Shown: positions 37,360 through 48,205, numbered from the stretch's first letter. The stretch is 64,000 nucleotides of DNA from an uncultured bacterium (GCA_963699715.1 CAVOUX010000004.1:174346-238345); one strand, 5' to 3'. Notes: generated by a model from the letters alone, not told the origin. Numbers and translations: made by a program.

Positions 37360-38745
37360 TTAATGATTGAGTTCACGTTCGATTCTATCCAAAAGAGAAG
37401 CAAACTCAAAATCTTTTTGATAAGCATCGTGTATTTTCGTTATCGCATGCAAAATAGTGGAATGGTCTTTGCGCTCCAAACACAATGCAATCTCACGTAA
37501 GGATCGGTCGCTGTATTTTTTCATGAGGTAAATTGCCACATGACGAGCCAGGGCCAAGTTCTTACTCCGTTTGGGAGACTTAATTTCACTAACACTATAA
37601 TCAAAAAATCGAGCGACATGACGCACAATATAGTTGAGATCCAAGACCGGTTTTTTTGACTCGCGAGGATAAGCAAGTACTTTATGTGCCAGATCAAGAG
37701 TAAGCGGTTGACGAGTCAATGATGAAAAAGCAAGAACACGTATCAGACCGCCTTCCAAATCACGAATATTATCCATAGTACGTGCTGCAATGAAATAAGC
37801 AATATCATCTTGGAGCGGTACATTCTGTGCCCGTGCCTTCCTTTGCAAAATTTGAATTCGCGTATCAAGAGACGCTGGCTGCAAATCAGCCACCATTCCA
37901 CCCTCAATGCGCGATCTCATCCTATCTGAAAAACCTACAATATCACGGGGTAACACGTTGCTCGTGCAAACCACTTGTTTGCGGGCTGCATGCAACGTAT
38001 TAAAAATCTGAAAAAATATTTCTTGCGTTTGTTCTTTATGGGACATGCACTGAATGTCATCCATCAACAAAACATCAATTGTTTTGTAACGCGATTCAAA
38101 ATGATGAACTCTATCGGTGCGCACAGCGGCAATAAACTCATTAACAAATCGATCAGCAGATTGGTAGAGAATCTGAGCACGCTTATGAGTCTGCTTAATT
38201 TGATTACCAATAGCCTGCAAAAGATGCGTTTTGCCAAGCCCAGAGTTGCCCCAAATCAACAACGGATTATAAAGGCTCCCAGGATTTTCAGTTACGGCAG
38301 TGGCAGCAGCATAAGCCAAGGAATTATTGGGACCCACCACAAACGTTTCAAACTGGTGCTGCCAAGCGAGGGAACCTCGCGTTGGATTTTTTGTAGGAAG
38401 AGTTCGATCTTGCAGCGTATCATAGACATCGGATTCTGGTTTTGCAATCTCATGGACCATTCGGCCGTTTTTTGGCGGAACTTCGGGCAACGTCTCTTGA
38501 TCAACAAAAACTACCTTAAGAGTAGTCTCATTAAGCAATCGACCCAAATGTTGCTTAAACAATGATTGGTAGTGACCGTCGATCCAGTCTCTCACAAAAA
38601 CATTGGGCGCACGAAGATAAATAATTTTTGTGTTGGAATCCCATCGGACAAGGCTAACCGCTTTAAACCATGTCTCGACAACACGACTTCCAACCTCAGC
38701 ACAGAGAATTTTTAAAAATTCTTGCCAGAGACTATCAAGCACCAT
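37360..38745 (-). CDS. dnaA: Chromosomal replication initiator protein DnaA
   Basis: AAA+ Walker A GNSGLGKTHLLQAIGN. Box VII/sensor region. C-terminal DnaA-box-binding domain (…LREIALCLERKDHSTILHAITKI…). Confidence 0.95.
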   Translation of the reverse strand: MVLDSLWQEFLKILCAEVGSRVVETWFKAVSLVRWDSNTKIIYLRAPNVFVRDWIDGHYQSLFKQHLGRLLNETTLKVVFVDQETLPEVPPKNGRMVHEIAKPESDVYDTLQDRTLPTKNPTRGSLAWQHQFETFVVGPNNSLAYAAATAVTENPGSLYNPLLIWGNSGLGKTHLLQAIGNQIKQTHKRAQILYQSADRFVNEFIAAVRTDRVHHFESRYKTIDVLLMDDIQCMSHKEQTQEIFFQIFNTLHAARKQVVCTSNVLPRDIVGFSDRMRSRIEGGMVADLQPASLDTRIQILQRKARAQNVPLQDDIAYFIAARTMDNIRDLEGGLIRVLAFSSLTRQPLTLDLAHKVLAYPRESKKPVLDLNYIVRHVARFFDYSVSEIKSPKRSKNLALARHVAIYLMKKYSDRSLREIALCLERKDHSTILHAITKIHDAYQKDFEFASLLDRIERELNH

Positions 38746-38859
38746 TTTTTTCGCTTTTATAAATCTTTACCGTAGAAAACTCTTAAGAGAATACCTTTAC
38801 TTTACCGGACACACAAGCTTTTAAAAAATAAAATTCAAAATTGGTTTGCCAAGCTATTT

Positions 38860-40752
38860 TTACTTACTTGTAAACTTGAGCGCAGCGTTTTGTAAAGCGT
38901 ATGCAAAACTTTCAAACAAAACCGCAGCACCCATCGTAAGTACTGGAGCAGGCAATAAAAGATTTTGGTACTTAACATTGATAACTGATCCAAGTTTGTC
39001 AAGCATTCCTATCGATAAACTCATGACCCAGGTAATCGATCCGCTCATTGTAGCAAGCAAAGTACCGATGAATGAAAAAGCATAAAGACTTTTAGCACCG
39101 AGCGTAGCCTGTTTTAGGATATCGGAATCAATAATTTTAAGCAAAGCAGCAGCATCTGATGCTTGTCCATCAAGTCTTTTGATGAGCTGTTGTCCGTCAC
39201 CCAGTGACCCACTTACATTTTGGGCTATGGTCAGATCATCTTTCGTGATACTTTCCCCGGTGGAACGATACCATGAGGATACAAACGTTAACAAATGAGA
39301 ACCAAGTTCGGTTGGATTATCAATCCTTACGCCCATCATTTTTGCGGTTACACTTAACGTTGAAAGATATCCCTCAAGCGCGCTGCGCAGCGCAAGAAGC
39401 ACACGTTTTTGATCAAGCGTTAATGGTTGTTGCCGCAATTCAGTCACGATCGCAGAAGTACTGTCGATAAAATTCTCTAACTCATCCAATCGAATTGCAA
39501 ATTGATCGTAAGCTTCTTTGAGTTGTGCTTGAGTTGATGTTGAGGAAAGGGATTCCGCCAGTGCATTCCATGCATCTGCTTCAAGCCTTTTGCCTTCACT
39601 AATGTCTTTGACTGTTCCGGCAATGGTTGTCACTTTTAATGAGATAAACTCCAAAAATTTTTTAATGCGTTCAAAAAGATCGTTTACTTTGGTGGTAAAC
39701 GTTTTGGATTGAGATAAATTCCATTGAGTCGTGACTTTCCGAAGCAAAATATTTGTTTTGTCTATCAATTCATCAAGCGCAGTAATAGCATCATTAAGCT
39801 TCCTTGAATCGCCCGTATATTTTTGAGACACAACTTCCGATCGCATCCTGACAAGTGAATCCAAAAAGAAACGAATCGCCTGGCGTTCGGGCAATACTCG
39901 TTGTAACGTTGTCGTTTGAAAGAGACTTCGAGCGTCAAACGCAAGAATTTTATCTCTTAGTTCTTGTAGGTTTTGCTTTGTCTCTTCAAGCTGAGACTCA
40001 TGAGCAAAGCTTTGGGTCGTAACCGAAAAATTTTCAACAAGTGGAGTGAAATTATTTACTCTAAGTTTGTCACTCATCTTAAGGTAATCAAAGATTTTTC
40101 GTTGCTCTTGCGCAATTTCTCGACGAAGAGAGGCAAGTGCCGCAAGAGTCATTGATGTGGTTAATATCTCTTCAGACTTTGCCGTTAACGTCATACTTTC
40201 TGCATACCGCAAGGCATCATCGGAAATACGTTTTAAGACAGCATCAATTTTTTTGAGACCATCATATTTTTCCTTCAAGCTACTTCGCACGTCGGGATTT
40301 GCCAATGCATCTTCTTTTAGTGAGCCCGCTTTAAGATTTTCAACGGTTGCCAACAGATCAACACGTTGAGCTGCTTGAGCAAATCGCACTGCGGGCAGTG
40401 CTGATGTGACATTTTTGTTATTCCATGCCTGCAGAAGCGTATCAGAGACCAATTTTTTTTCGGTGACCACTATTGCAGAAGAACGCTCTTCTGGAACTTC
40501 TGCCACCGTAATCGCTGGTTGCTCAACTTTTTGTGCTGTCTCTTTATCCACACTACGTGATTGGGGTGATTGATTTTTGTCTCTTATCAATGAGGGAACT
40601 TCTTGCCCATGTTCTTTGAGACCTGGTTCAATTTTCCCCTCTTCTCTTTTTATCTCGGTAGGTGCTTCAATAGAAACTTCACTAACAGGCGCGCAAACAA
40701 CGCCCGTTCCACTCAAGAGACTTGCTATCAGTACACGTAAGCATTTTTTCAT
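38860..40752 (-). CDS. Large coiled-coil-rich secreted/membrane protein of unknown function
   Basis: Signal peptide MKKCLRVLIASLLSGTGVVCA. Long helical/coiled-coil regions. C-terminal hydrophobic segments (FSFIGTLLATMSGSITWVMSLSIGML ... LTMGAAVLF). Confidence 0.5.
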   Translation of the reverse strand: MKKCLRVLIASLLSGTGVVCAPVSEVSIEAPTEIKREEGKIEPGLKEHGQEVPSLIRDKNQSPQSRSVDKETAQKVEQPAITVAEVPEERSSAIVVTEKKLVSDTLLQAWNNKNVTSALPAVRFAQAAQRVDLLATVENLKAGSLKEDALANPDVRSSLKEKYDGLKKIDAVLKRISDDALRYAESMTLTAKSEEILTTSMTLAALASLRREIAQEQRKIFDYLKMSDKLRVNNFTPLVENFSVTTQSFAHESQLEETKQNLQELRDKILAFDARSLFQTTTLQRVLPERQAIRFFLDSLVRMRSEVVSQKYTGDSRKLNDAITALDELIDKTNILLRKVTTQWNLSQSKTFTTKVNDLFERIKKFLEFISLKVTTIAGTVKDISEGKRLEADAWNALAESLSSTSTQAQLKEAYDQFAIRLDELENFIDSTSAIVTELRQQPLTLDQKRVLLALRSALEGYLSTLSVTAKMMGVRIDNPTELGSHLLTFVSSWYRSTGESITKDDLTIAQNVSGSLGDGQQLIKRLDGQASDAAALLKIIDSDILKQATLGAKSLYAFSFIGTLLATMSGSITWVMSLSIGMLDKLGSVINVKYQNLLLPAPVLTMGAAVLFESFAYALQNAALKFTSK

Positions 40753-40840
40753 GTATCCACCCTTTTGCAATGGAGGAGATTGGTTTGCACTAGTTTAACA
40801 GAAATCTCATGTGGAGAGTAAGTTTTTAAAAGAAAAAAAT

Positions 40841-40917
40841 TGGTGCGCCCGACAGGAATTGAACCTGTGACCTACAGATTAGGAATCTGTCGCTCTATCC
40901 GACTGAGCTACGGGCGC
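40841..40917 (-). tRNA. tRNA-Arg (anticodon CCT), with encoded CCA
   Basis: Reverse complement is gcgcccgtagctcagtcggatagagcgacagattCCTaatctgtaggtcacaggttcaattcctgtcgggcgcacca. Has a 7-bp acceptor stem, the D-loop AGTCGGATAG, the anticodon stem acaga/tctgt with loop ttCCTaa, and the T-arm GGTTCAATTCC. Confidence 0.9.
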
Positions 40918-40925
40918 TTTCCGTA

Positions 40926-42854
40926 TTAGTATAACTTAGCTTTTATTGTTTGCGAAACACGCTTTTGCAGGGCTAACCAAAAGTCTTTAATTGTTTGACT
41001 AAAACTAGTGCTTAGAATAGGCAGTGATCGAGAAGAAAATTCATAAACCCTTCCATCAGTTACCGGCAAAACACCTTGCGCTTGTCGCAATCCCAAAATA
41101 ACATCTGCGGCAGCTTTTTGTGAAAATTCATGTGCTTCATAAGCCACAAGCACCGTGTCCACTTTACCACAAAGTTTTAATGCATAAGGGGTCCCAAATA
41201 AAACGATCGTTAAGAATTTACCTTCGTTTCGTAAAGACTGAATAAGTTTGAGTAAAGCTGAAATATCCAAATAATTCGCATCATACCGATGCAAACCATA
41301 GACGGTAATTAAAATATGGTTATGCTGTTTGAGGAAAGTAATCATTCCCTCAATTTCATTTTCACTGAGCGAACTGGATAAACAAACTCGTTTGGCATAG
41401 GGAAGTTGCTCGTTAAGTATGGTTTCAAAGAATTCCTGAGAGGGACGTCCTATTTGAATCCTTGCAGTATACTTATCTTTATCTGCAACAAAATCAGTAG
41501 CTCGCTTACATGAATGACAAACGCTCATCGCTTCAGAAAATAATTTTTCTTGCAAAGCAAGTGCCTGCCGGGACGTAAGATCACCAAGATTTTTTTCATC
41601 AACATCCCTTGCGCAACCACCATTCTTCAAGAGCCATTCCTTTGCCAGCAATATGCGTAATACATGCTCATCAAGAGATTCTTGAGTTAAAATTCCGTCG
41701 ACCAAAGCTTTTTTTATATACTCTATTGCCAAAGGTACATTGGTAGGACAAAGCAATATATCATTTCCCGCAAGCAATGCTTTCAATTCAATCTCTCCAG
41801 GCTTATGGTGCTTGGTAACACCCTTCATTATTAATGCATCAGTAATAATAAGTCCGTCAAAACCAAGTTGTTTTCTGAGCAGATCAGTCACAACGGCTGG
41901 CGATAGACTCGTTGGCACTTGTTCTTGAGGCTCCAAGGCCGGTACTTCAAGATGTGCCGTCATGATTGACAAAACACCGGCATCAATTATTTTTTTAAAA
42001 GGATAAAGTTCTCGGTCATGTAGTTCTTGCACCGTTTTTAGAATTTTCGGCAAGTCGCGATGGGAATCTAAGATCGTGTCGCCATGACCCGGAAAATGTT
42101 TGGCATTAGCGATAATGCCGCCCTCTTGAAGACCCTGCATATAGGGGACTGACTTGGCCACCACATTTTCTTTAAACTCACCAAAGGAACGAAGATTAAT
42201 GACAGGGTTTTTATAATTTGTGTTGACATCAACAACAGGAGCAAAATCTACGTCAACGCCAATACGCTTACTTTGTCGAGCAACCTCACGCCCCATCTCA
42301 TAAAGTAAGGTCGTATTAGTTAAGGACCCTAAGGTCATTGCATAAGGAAAGTCAATGGCATCATCTAACCGATCGTTCAAGCATGTTTCAAAATCCTGCG
42401 CAATGATAAGAGGATATTTACTGAGGTCTCTAAAATAATTGGTGAGTTTAATTTGTGATTCGACTCGTCCTCGACCTAAAAAGATTATTCCTCCAATGTG
42501 ATAACGCTTAATAAGATCGGCAACCTGTTCAGGGTTCCCATACTCTTTCCATGAACAGGTGAGATTTGCATAATCAACAGCTTCTTTATAAAAGTGCTCC
42601 CACTGTGGGTGTAACATTTCAGGATTGCTTACCGCCGTTACAACAAAAAGTTGCCCAATCTTTTCATCCAAAGACATGACTGAAAAAGTACGCTGGGCCC
42701 AGCCGTCATACTCAGATGCTTTGTTGCTTGCAGATATTTCGAAAATATTTTTAAAAACCTGCTGAGCACAGGTATTGTCTTCACATACATTTGCTTTGCT
42801 CGACTGTAGCGAAGTTAATAAAAAGAATGTTATTGCTAAGAACGGCTTTTTCAT
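40926..42854 (-). CDS. Glycoside hydrolase family 3 beta-N-acetylhexosaminidase (NagZ-like) with signal peptide and an extended C-terminal domain
   Basis: NagZ signature AKHFPGHGDTILDSHRDLP. A catalytic Asp region. N-terminal signal MKKPFLAITFFLLTSLQSSKA. Total about 640 aa. Confidence 0.8.
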   Translation of the reverse strand: MKKPFLAITFFLLTSLQSSKANVCEDNTCAQQVFKNIFEISASNKASEYDGWAQRTFSVMSLDEKIGQLFVVTAVSNPEMLHPQWEHFYKEAVDYANLTCSWKEYGNPEQVADLIKRYHIGGIIFLGRGRVESQIKLTNYFRDLSKYPLIIAQDFETCLNDRLDDAIDFPYAMTLGSLTNTTLLYEMGREVARQSKRIGVDVDFAPVVDVNTNYKNPVINLRSFGEFKENVVAKSVPYMQGLQEGGIIANAKHFPGHGDTILDSHRDLPKILKTVQELHDRELYPFKKIIDAGVLSIMTAHLEVPALEPQEQVPTSLSPAVVTDLLRKQLGFDGLIITDALIMKGVTKHHKPGEIELKALLAGNDILLCPTNVPLAIEYIKKALVDGILTQESLDEHVLRILLAKEWLLKNGGCARDVDEKNLGDLTSRQALALQEKLFSEAMSVCHSCKRATDFVADKDKYTARIQIGRPSQEFFETILNEQLPYAKRVCLSSSLSENEIEGMITFLKQHNHILITVYGLHRYDANYLDISALLKLIQSLRNEGKFLTIVLFGTPYALKLCGKVDTVLVAYEAHEFSQKAAADVILGLRQAQGVLPVTDGRVYEFSSRSLPILSTSFSQTIKDFWLALQKRVSQTIKAKLY

Positions 42855-42933
42855 GACTATCCCCCCCGTTTGTGTATTCACCTAATTTTAGTAAATTTTT
42901 AATGGGGAGACAATGGATTGAGAAAGAGAAAGT

Positions 42934-43206
42934 TTATCTTTTCAAATCACGATAAAAATTCTCGTGGGTTCCTAATTCAATCAAAATTAATTGCAATTGT
43001 TCTTCGTCGAATTCGTAGGCTAAAAGAATTTGTTGATTCATCATTATAAATTTATAAACCCTGATTCCAGATAAATCAACTTTCTTTAAATCACCAATAA
43101 GTGGATTTTCAACTATCAACTTGATCGTCTGATCAAGTTCAGCTTTCTGATTCTTATGTAATTTTTTTACATGTCTTGTAAAGGTAGGAGTTTGAAAAAC
43201 ATCCAT
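42934..43206 (-). CDS. RelE/ParE-family type II toxin
   Basis: 90 aa. ...IVENPLIGDLKKVDLSGIRVYKF...LLAYEFDEEQLQLILIELGTHENFY matches the RelE/ParE fold pattern. Lies 3 nt downstream of the antitoxin. Confidence 0.75.
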   Translation of the reverse strand: MDVFQTPTFTRHVKKLHKNQKAELDQTIKLIVENPLIGDLKKVDLSGIRVYKFIMMNQQILLAYEFDEEQLQLILIELGTHENFYRDLKR

Positions 43207-43209
43207 TAA

Positions 43210-43431
43210 TCAATCCTTATTAAACACATATCGCTCCAATTTGCCAGCACGCGCTTCTTGTTGGGAGATTAGAATGTTTTTAATAAATTCATAGGTTAAA
43301 TCTGGATTCTCTTCAGCAATTTTTCCGATTCTGGCCCAATGTTCAATTTGTCCAGCTACTGAACGGTTTAATGCTTTTGAAATGATCTTTGCATCAGAAA
43401 CAATATTTTCAGATAATTTTACGGTTGACAT
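43210..43431 (-). CDS. ParD-like (PF11903-type) antitoxin
   Basis: 73 aa. VKLSENIVSDAKIISKALNRSVAGQIEHWARIGKIAEENPDL matches the ParD-like antitoxin consensus (RSVNGQIEYWAKLGR...NPDL). Confidence 0.7.
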   Translation of the reverse strand: MSTVKLSENIVSDAKIISKALNRSVAGQIEHWARIGKIAEENPDLTYEFIKNILISQQEARAGKLERYVFNKD

Positions 43432-43560
43432 GATTAAGTCCTAAAATAAGTTCATGGTTTTATTGTACTACTTTTAGTTTCATTTTGCAACCATCGGGAC
43501 TGAAGATGCTCATTAATCTATAAAAACCATATATGCTCAAAAGAAAGTAAGCACTTCAAT

Positions 43561-43956
43561 TCATTTAAAATAGCTAAATGCGAAAATCAATATGAGCGCA
43601 TTCACGATATACAGTGATGTGCACACAAGACAAAATGACTTGATCTTAAAATAAAGAATGTAACCCAGAAATAACGATAATACGCATGCTGCAATGCCGG
43701 CAATCAAAATAAATGTGGTTGCATCAAGCAAAGCCAAAACTCCTACAAATGCATAAAAGAGCATGCCTGCAAGAGTATTTGAAACCCAAAAAAGATTTGC
43801 ATATTCACTTTTTAAAGGCTTTGAGCAAGATATTCTCTCAGATAAATCACATGCCGGTTTGTAATCTGCATCTTTTTTAATCTTACCCTCAACAAAATAA
43901 GCATAGAGAGAGATCCCAAACCCGATGAGTGCAAGTACAAAAATTGATAAAATCAT
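43561..43956 (-). CDS. Vitamin K epoxide reductase (VKOR)-family membrane protein
   Basis: 131 aa with 4 TM segments. Loop Cys pair (ACDLSERISCSK) and active-site CxxC in a TM helix (CLVCTSLYIVN). Confidence 0.6.
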   Translation of the reverse strand: MILSIFVLALIGFGISLYAYFVEGKIKKDADYKPACDLSERISCSKPLKSEYANLFWVSNTLAGMLFYAFVGVLALLDATTFILIAGIAACVLSLFLGYILYFKIKSFCLVCTSLYIVNALILIFAFSYFK

Positions 43957-44150
43957 ACATTTACCCTTTTCTTATTACGTATTTTGAAAATACAAAATTT
44001 ATGTAATAAATCGCAAGAAACATAAAAAAGATTACTTTCATATGCTCAACCAGAGTCTACATAGAAATAAAATGCAGCATCTGAAATGTACATTTTCGAC
44101 AAAACTCTTTGAGCTCGACATTAACACCACCGAGCTCATTACCATCTTAT

Positions 44151-46316
44151 TTATAAAGGCCTGAAGTTAGGCAAGTTTCTTACCGGTATCCCTAAATTAT
44201 TGGGAATTTCAATAATGACAGCACTACTCAGTATCACAATAATTTTGTCATACCGCGCCTGATAATCCTGATTGAGGCAACGCTCACGCACCATTCTTGC
44301 TAATGCCATAAATTCATCAGTAATAAAAATAGTTTCTTTATTTTTACAGGCAGATACAAGAAGATCAACAACACCAACATGCCCCTGTGCAATGGCAAAC
44401 CGCAATGCAGTTTTTAATACTTGAATATCAGCCTTATCCAAAAGCGGTCTCAATGCATCTAATTGACCAAATAATGCAAACAATAAAAGAGGTTGCGCAA
44501 TCAGTGCCTTTTTAATTGAGTTTGCCAAAAGCCCATTGTGAGGATCAACAATTGCCCCCGCTTGAATTAGGTTAAGCATTACCTCATAATGCCCTTTTTC
44601 AGCTGCCAGAAGCAAACATTCGGCTAATTTTCTTATTGGGTTAATACTCATATATTTTAAAAACTTATTAACACATTCTGGTCGATCTTGACCAACAGCA
44701 GCCTCAAACGGCGTTATTCCTGCTAATTCTTGATTGCCATCAGCACCCGCTAGCAACAGGGTTTCTACCACTTCCAAATTTCCCTGTGCCACAGCAGCAT
44801 GCAGACGTGAATCAAGCGCTACATCGTCAATTGCATCGGGAAATGTTCGATCATGAGGACATCCTTTTCCTTGCCGCACCCATGGCATGACACAAGCAGA
44901 ATGGAATTTATGTGTACAGGGTAAAATTTTAGCCATCATATCCGGTGTTTCCTGATATGAAAGCATGCAAATTGAACATTCATCTTTACTTTTAGGTGCC
45001 TGTTTTAACAAGCTTAGGATACGCAAATAAAAAGTTCTTTCTTGTTGCGTTAACGTTTGTTTAAGCAATAAATCAAGATGGGAGAAGAAATCTTTTAATT
45101 GTGACTCATCAAGAAATGAAATAAGTAACTCAGCAATTTCAACATGACCTTGACCGATTGCATAATAAAGGGCCTGTTTAATTGCTCCTTTTTCGGTCTC
45201 ACTATTTATTAATTGTTTCAATCTCTCCTCGTTCTTAGTAATCGCATGCACGACAAGCTCATTGTGGGCATACATGTGCGCTAAGCGCTGCATAAACTGT
45301 GGACGATTAAACCTAGCCCCATGTAATAAAAGCGATGTAATAATTGATGCCTTCGTACCATTGTTTTGTAATGCAATATCTAATGGTGTGGCACCTTCAG
45401 CAGTAACCACATTGACATTAATACCAGGAACTTTTAATAATGCTTTTACTATACCCTCATGATTACCATAAACGCCACAATGCAATGGCGTTAATTTACA
45501 CATTTGATTGTCCTTCAATTGCTCCATGATGGCATTCACATCAAGATCCGCTCTGGGAAGCAAACTCGTGACTACTGGACCGTGGCCATTGTATATCGCA
45601 AGATGCAAGGGGGTCGCACCATTATGATCATGAACATTGATCATGATTCCTAGTGTATCTAGAAACAGAGCAACAATGAATTGATGTCCTTTTTCTGCCG
45701 CAGCGTGTAATGGGGTTGCTCCATCAATGGCAGGTGCATTAACAGCTGCATCTTCACCTTTCAAAAGCTGATTTACTATTTCTACAGAGCCCTTTTCAGC
45801 AGCATAGCGTAAAGGCGTTTTGCCTAAGTGATCGGAATTATTTTTTAATCCATGCTTTAATAACATCTCGACAATAACAGCATGACCTCTAGCGGCAGCG
45901 AGATGAAGCGCCGTTATCCCTTCATTATCTAAAAATTTATCGATGCTTTTCAAACCCAACAATTTTCTGACAATCTTGACATTTCCATTGTACGCCGCTG
46001 CATGCAGGGGTGTCCTGCCTTTATTATCGGATGTATTCACATTACACCCGGGAATTTCTAAAAACATTTCTACAGTCTCTGAATGATTATTCAATAATGC
46101 AAGATATAACGGTGAGCGATTATTTTCATCGCGAGCATTGATATCAGAGCCAAACAACAGGCAAAGTCTTGCAAACGTGGTCGATCCACTGGCAGCCGCT
46201 TTATGAAGGCGTGTTGTCTGACGAGAAGGTTGTTGCTCGAGTGTTCGCTCCATACTTATTAAATCATGGACCATCGTCATAAGAAAAAGAGAGCAAACAA
46301 CATAGTTACATTTCAT
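44151..46316 (-). CDS. Ankyrin-repeat protein with an embedded RING-like zinc finger (eukaryotic-like E3-ligase-type effector candidate)
   Basis: More than 12 ANK repeats. CSICMLSYQETPDMMAKILPCTHKFHSACVMPWVRQGKGCPH fits the RING-H2 spacing C-x2-C-x16-C-x-H-x2-H-x2-C-x10-C-x-H. Confidence 0.8.
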   Translation of the reverse strand: MKCNYVVCSLFLMTMVHDLISMERTLEQQPSRQTTRLHKAAASGSTTFARLCLLFGSDINARDENNRSPLYLALLNNHSETVEMFLEIPGCNVNTSDNKGRTPLHAAAYNGNVKIVRKLLGLKSIDKFLDNEGITALHLAAARGHAVIVEMLLKHGLKNNSDHLGKTPLRYAAEKGSVEIVNQLLKGEDAAVNAPAIDGATPLHAAAEKGHQFIVALFLDTLGIMINVHDHNGATPLHLAIYNGHGPVVTSLLPRADLDVNAIMEQLKDNQMCKLTPLHCGVYGNHEGIVKALLKVPGINVNVVTAEGATPLDIALQNNGTKASIITSLLLHGARFNRPQFMQRLAHMYAHNELVVHAITKNEERLKQLINSETEKGAIKQALYYAIGQGHVEIAELLISFLDESQLKDFFSHLDLLLKQTLTQQERTFYLRILSLLKQAPKSKDECSICMLSYQETPDMMAKILPCTHKFHSACVMPWVRQGKGCPHDRTFPDAIDDVALDSRLHAAVAQGNLEVVETLLLAGADGNQELAGITPFEAAVGQDRPECVNKFLKYMSINPIRKLAECLLLAAEKGHYEVMLNLIQAGAIVDPHNGLLANSIKKALIAQPLLLFALFGQLDALRPLLDKADIQVLKTALRFAIAQGHVGVVDLLVSACKNKETIFITDEFMALARMVRERCLNQDYQARYDKIIVILSSAVIIEIPNNLGIPVRNLPNFRPL

Positions 46317-46419
46317 AAAAAAATCCTTTTGTTTTAAAAAACAAGATCAACTCTACCAAATGTGGGTTAAAATGCAAGCACAATTTTGCAAATAGAATCT
46401 TTAATTCTTCTGAATTTTT

Positions 46420-47933
46420 CTATGCTTTGGCATGGTGTATACTTATCAAAAAAAGAATAAAAATCTCAGCAAGTTCAGGAAAAAATAGCTTCCATGTAGA
46501 AGTACCGACTTGATCACATTGCTTGACATCTGCGTTATGCATCCCCCGGAGCACAAAAAGCACTAAAAGATCTCTTAGCTCAGGCATCAACAAACTCATA
46601 AAAGATGTCTTATCTTGCCTTTGTTGTTCAAGGATTTTGTGCATATGATCTTTAAAAAGAGAATACATTTTATCAGAGCCATCATCATAAACTCTCTTGA
46701 TAATGGTGTTACCATGAGAATCAGGTAAGAGCGTATTTGCTCCAGCGTTCAAGAGCTCATTAGTTACCTCTAAGTGACCCATCTTTGCTGCTTGATATAA
46801 CGGTGTTTCATCATTTTTGTCTTGCATATCAATGTGAGAAACAGCAAGCAATATTTTGACAATAGTGGCATGCCCCTTCTGAGAAGCACAATGTAAAGGG
46901 GTTAATTTTTCATGAGTTTGAACATTGAAACATACTCCTGGAAGCTCGAGTAAAGTTTTCACTACTGCTTCGTGACCGTTATAAGCGGCCCAATGCAATG
47001 GCGTTGCTCCCTGTTCATCTTGAATATTAACATTCATGTTTGGAGCCTCCAGGAATTCCTTAACCACGGCGTGGTAACCCTTGGAAGCCGCAACGTGCAA
47101 AGATGTCCAGCCATTATCACCTCGAGAATGAAGATCAATATTCGGTGAGCTTAACAGAACTTTTATGACTTCAACTCGACCATTTGCAGCTGCACTATAT
47201 AAAGGTGTCCTTCCTTCTTTTGTCACAGCATTTATTTGACCAGGGCATGTATTAATCAATATTTTTAAAACATCAACATTTCCCTTGACTACCGCAACAT
47301 GCAATGGTGTCCCATCTTCATTATCTTCCGCATTAATTCTCGAGGCCAAAACTTTTGCCACGTTATGATGCCCCTTTTGTGCAGCAGCATAGAGAGGCGT
47401 AACGCTATTCATATTGCGAGCGTTGCAATTGATTCTCGGATCACTGAGCAAAATTTGCACAACCATGAGATGCCCATTTTCAGCAGCGTTGAGCAAAGGA
47501 GTTGAACCCACCTTATCTCGAACATTAACATCGATATTTGGGGCGCTCAGCAAAGCAATAACTGTCTCTTTATGTCCTTTTACGCAAGCCCAATGAAGAG
47601 CTGTTAAAAGCCAAGCCTATCTTGAGCATTAATTTCTATTTTTTGAACACAGATTAACACTCTTACGACCGATTCATGGCCATTAATTGCAGCTCGATGT
47701 AATGGCACCCACATATATTCGTTTTTGGCATTGATATTAGCTCCAGAATTTAAGAGTTCACTTACCTTGGCAACTTCCCCCTTTGCAGCAGCTTCATGTA
47801 ATGACATCCCTTGAGATGATCCAATAAGCTGTCGTTCCATTCCTACGAGAGATATTGTCCCTAATGTCAAAATAAAAGAATAAATTTTAAGATAAAAATG
47901 CATGCCTGTTTCCTCAACGTTTCTCATTGCCAA
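46420..47933 (-). CDS. Ankyrin-repeat protein (about 504 aa), split by a 1-nt deletion in a T-run at about 47588
   Basis: Upstream piece ends ...IEINAQDRLGF*. The +1 frame continues LTALHWACVKGHKETVIALLSAPNIDVNVRD into the 46420-47553 ORF. Restoring ttttt gives one continuous ORF. Confidence 0.75.
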
Positions 47934-48205
47934 ATAAATACTTTATTTGAAATTCAAAAAAATGCAATTTCAACCTTGTACTTAAAGTTATTGTCACAAA
48001 ATTTCTTTATGGGCTCGTAATTCAAAATATGGAAATTAATTTAGGATTTGTCGAACTCTCTCTATTGTTTTTTTGGCGCGGGCTTTGGAAGACATCATTC
48101 GACCCATTTTTTTGCCACCTCTCAACATCAATACTAAAGCAAGAGTCTGAAAGAATCGGTGTAGGAAGTCATTTTTTCCTACACCGATGAGAATAAAAAG
48201 ATCAA

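Noticed and set aside
37250-38860. DnaA-box cluster / oriC next to dnaA
   Set aside because: No TTATCCACA or close variants in the flanking intergenic regions. It cannot be called from this window.
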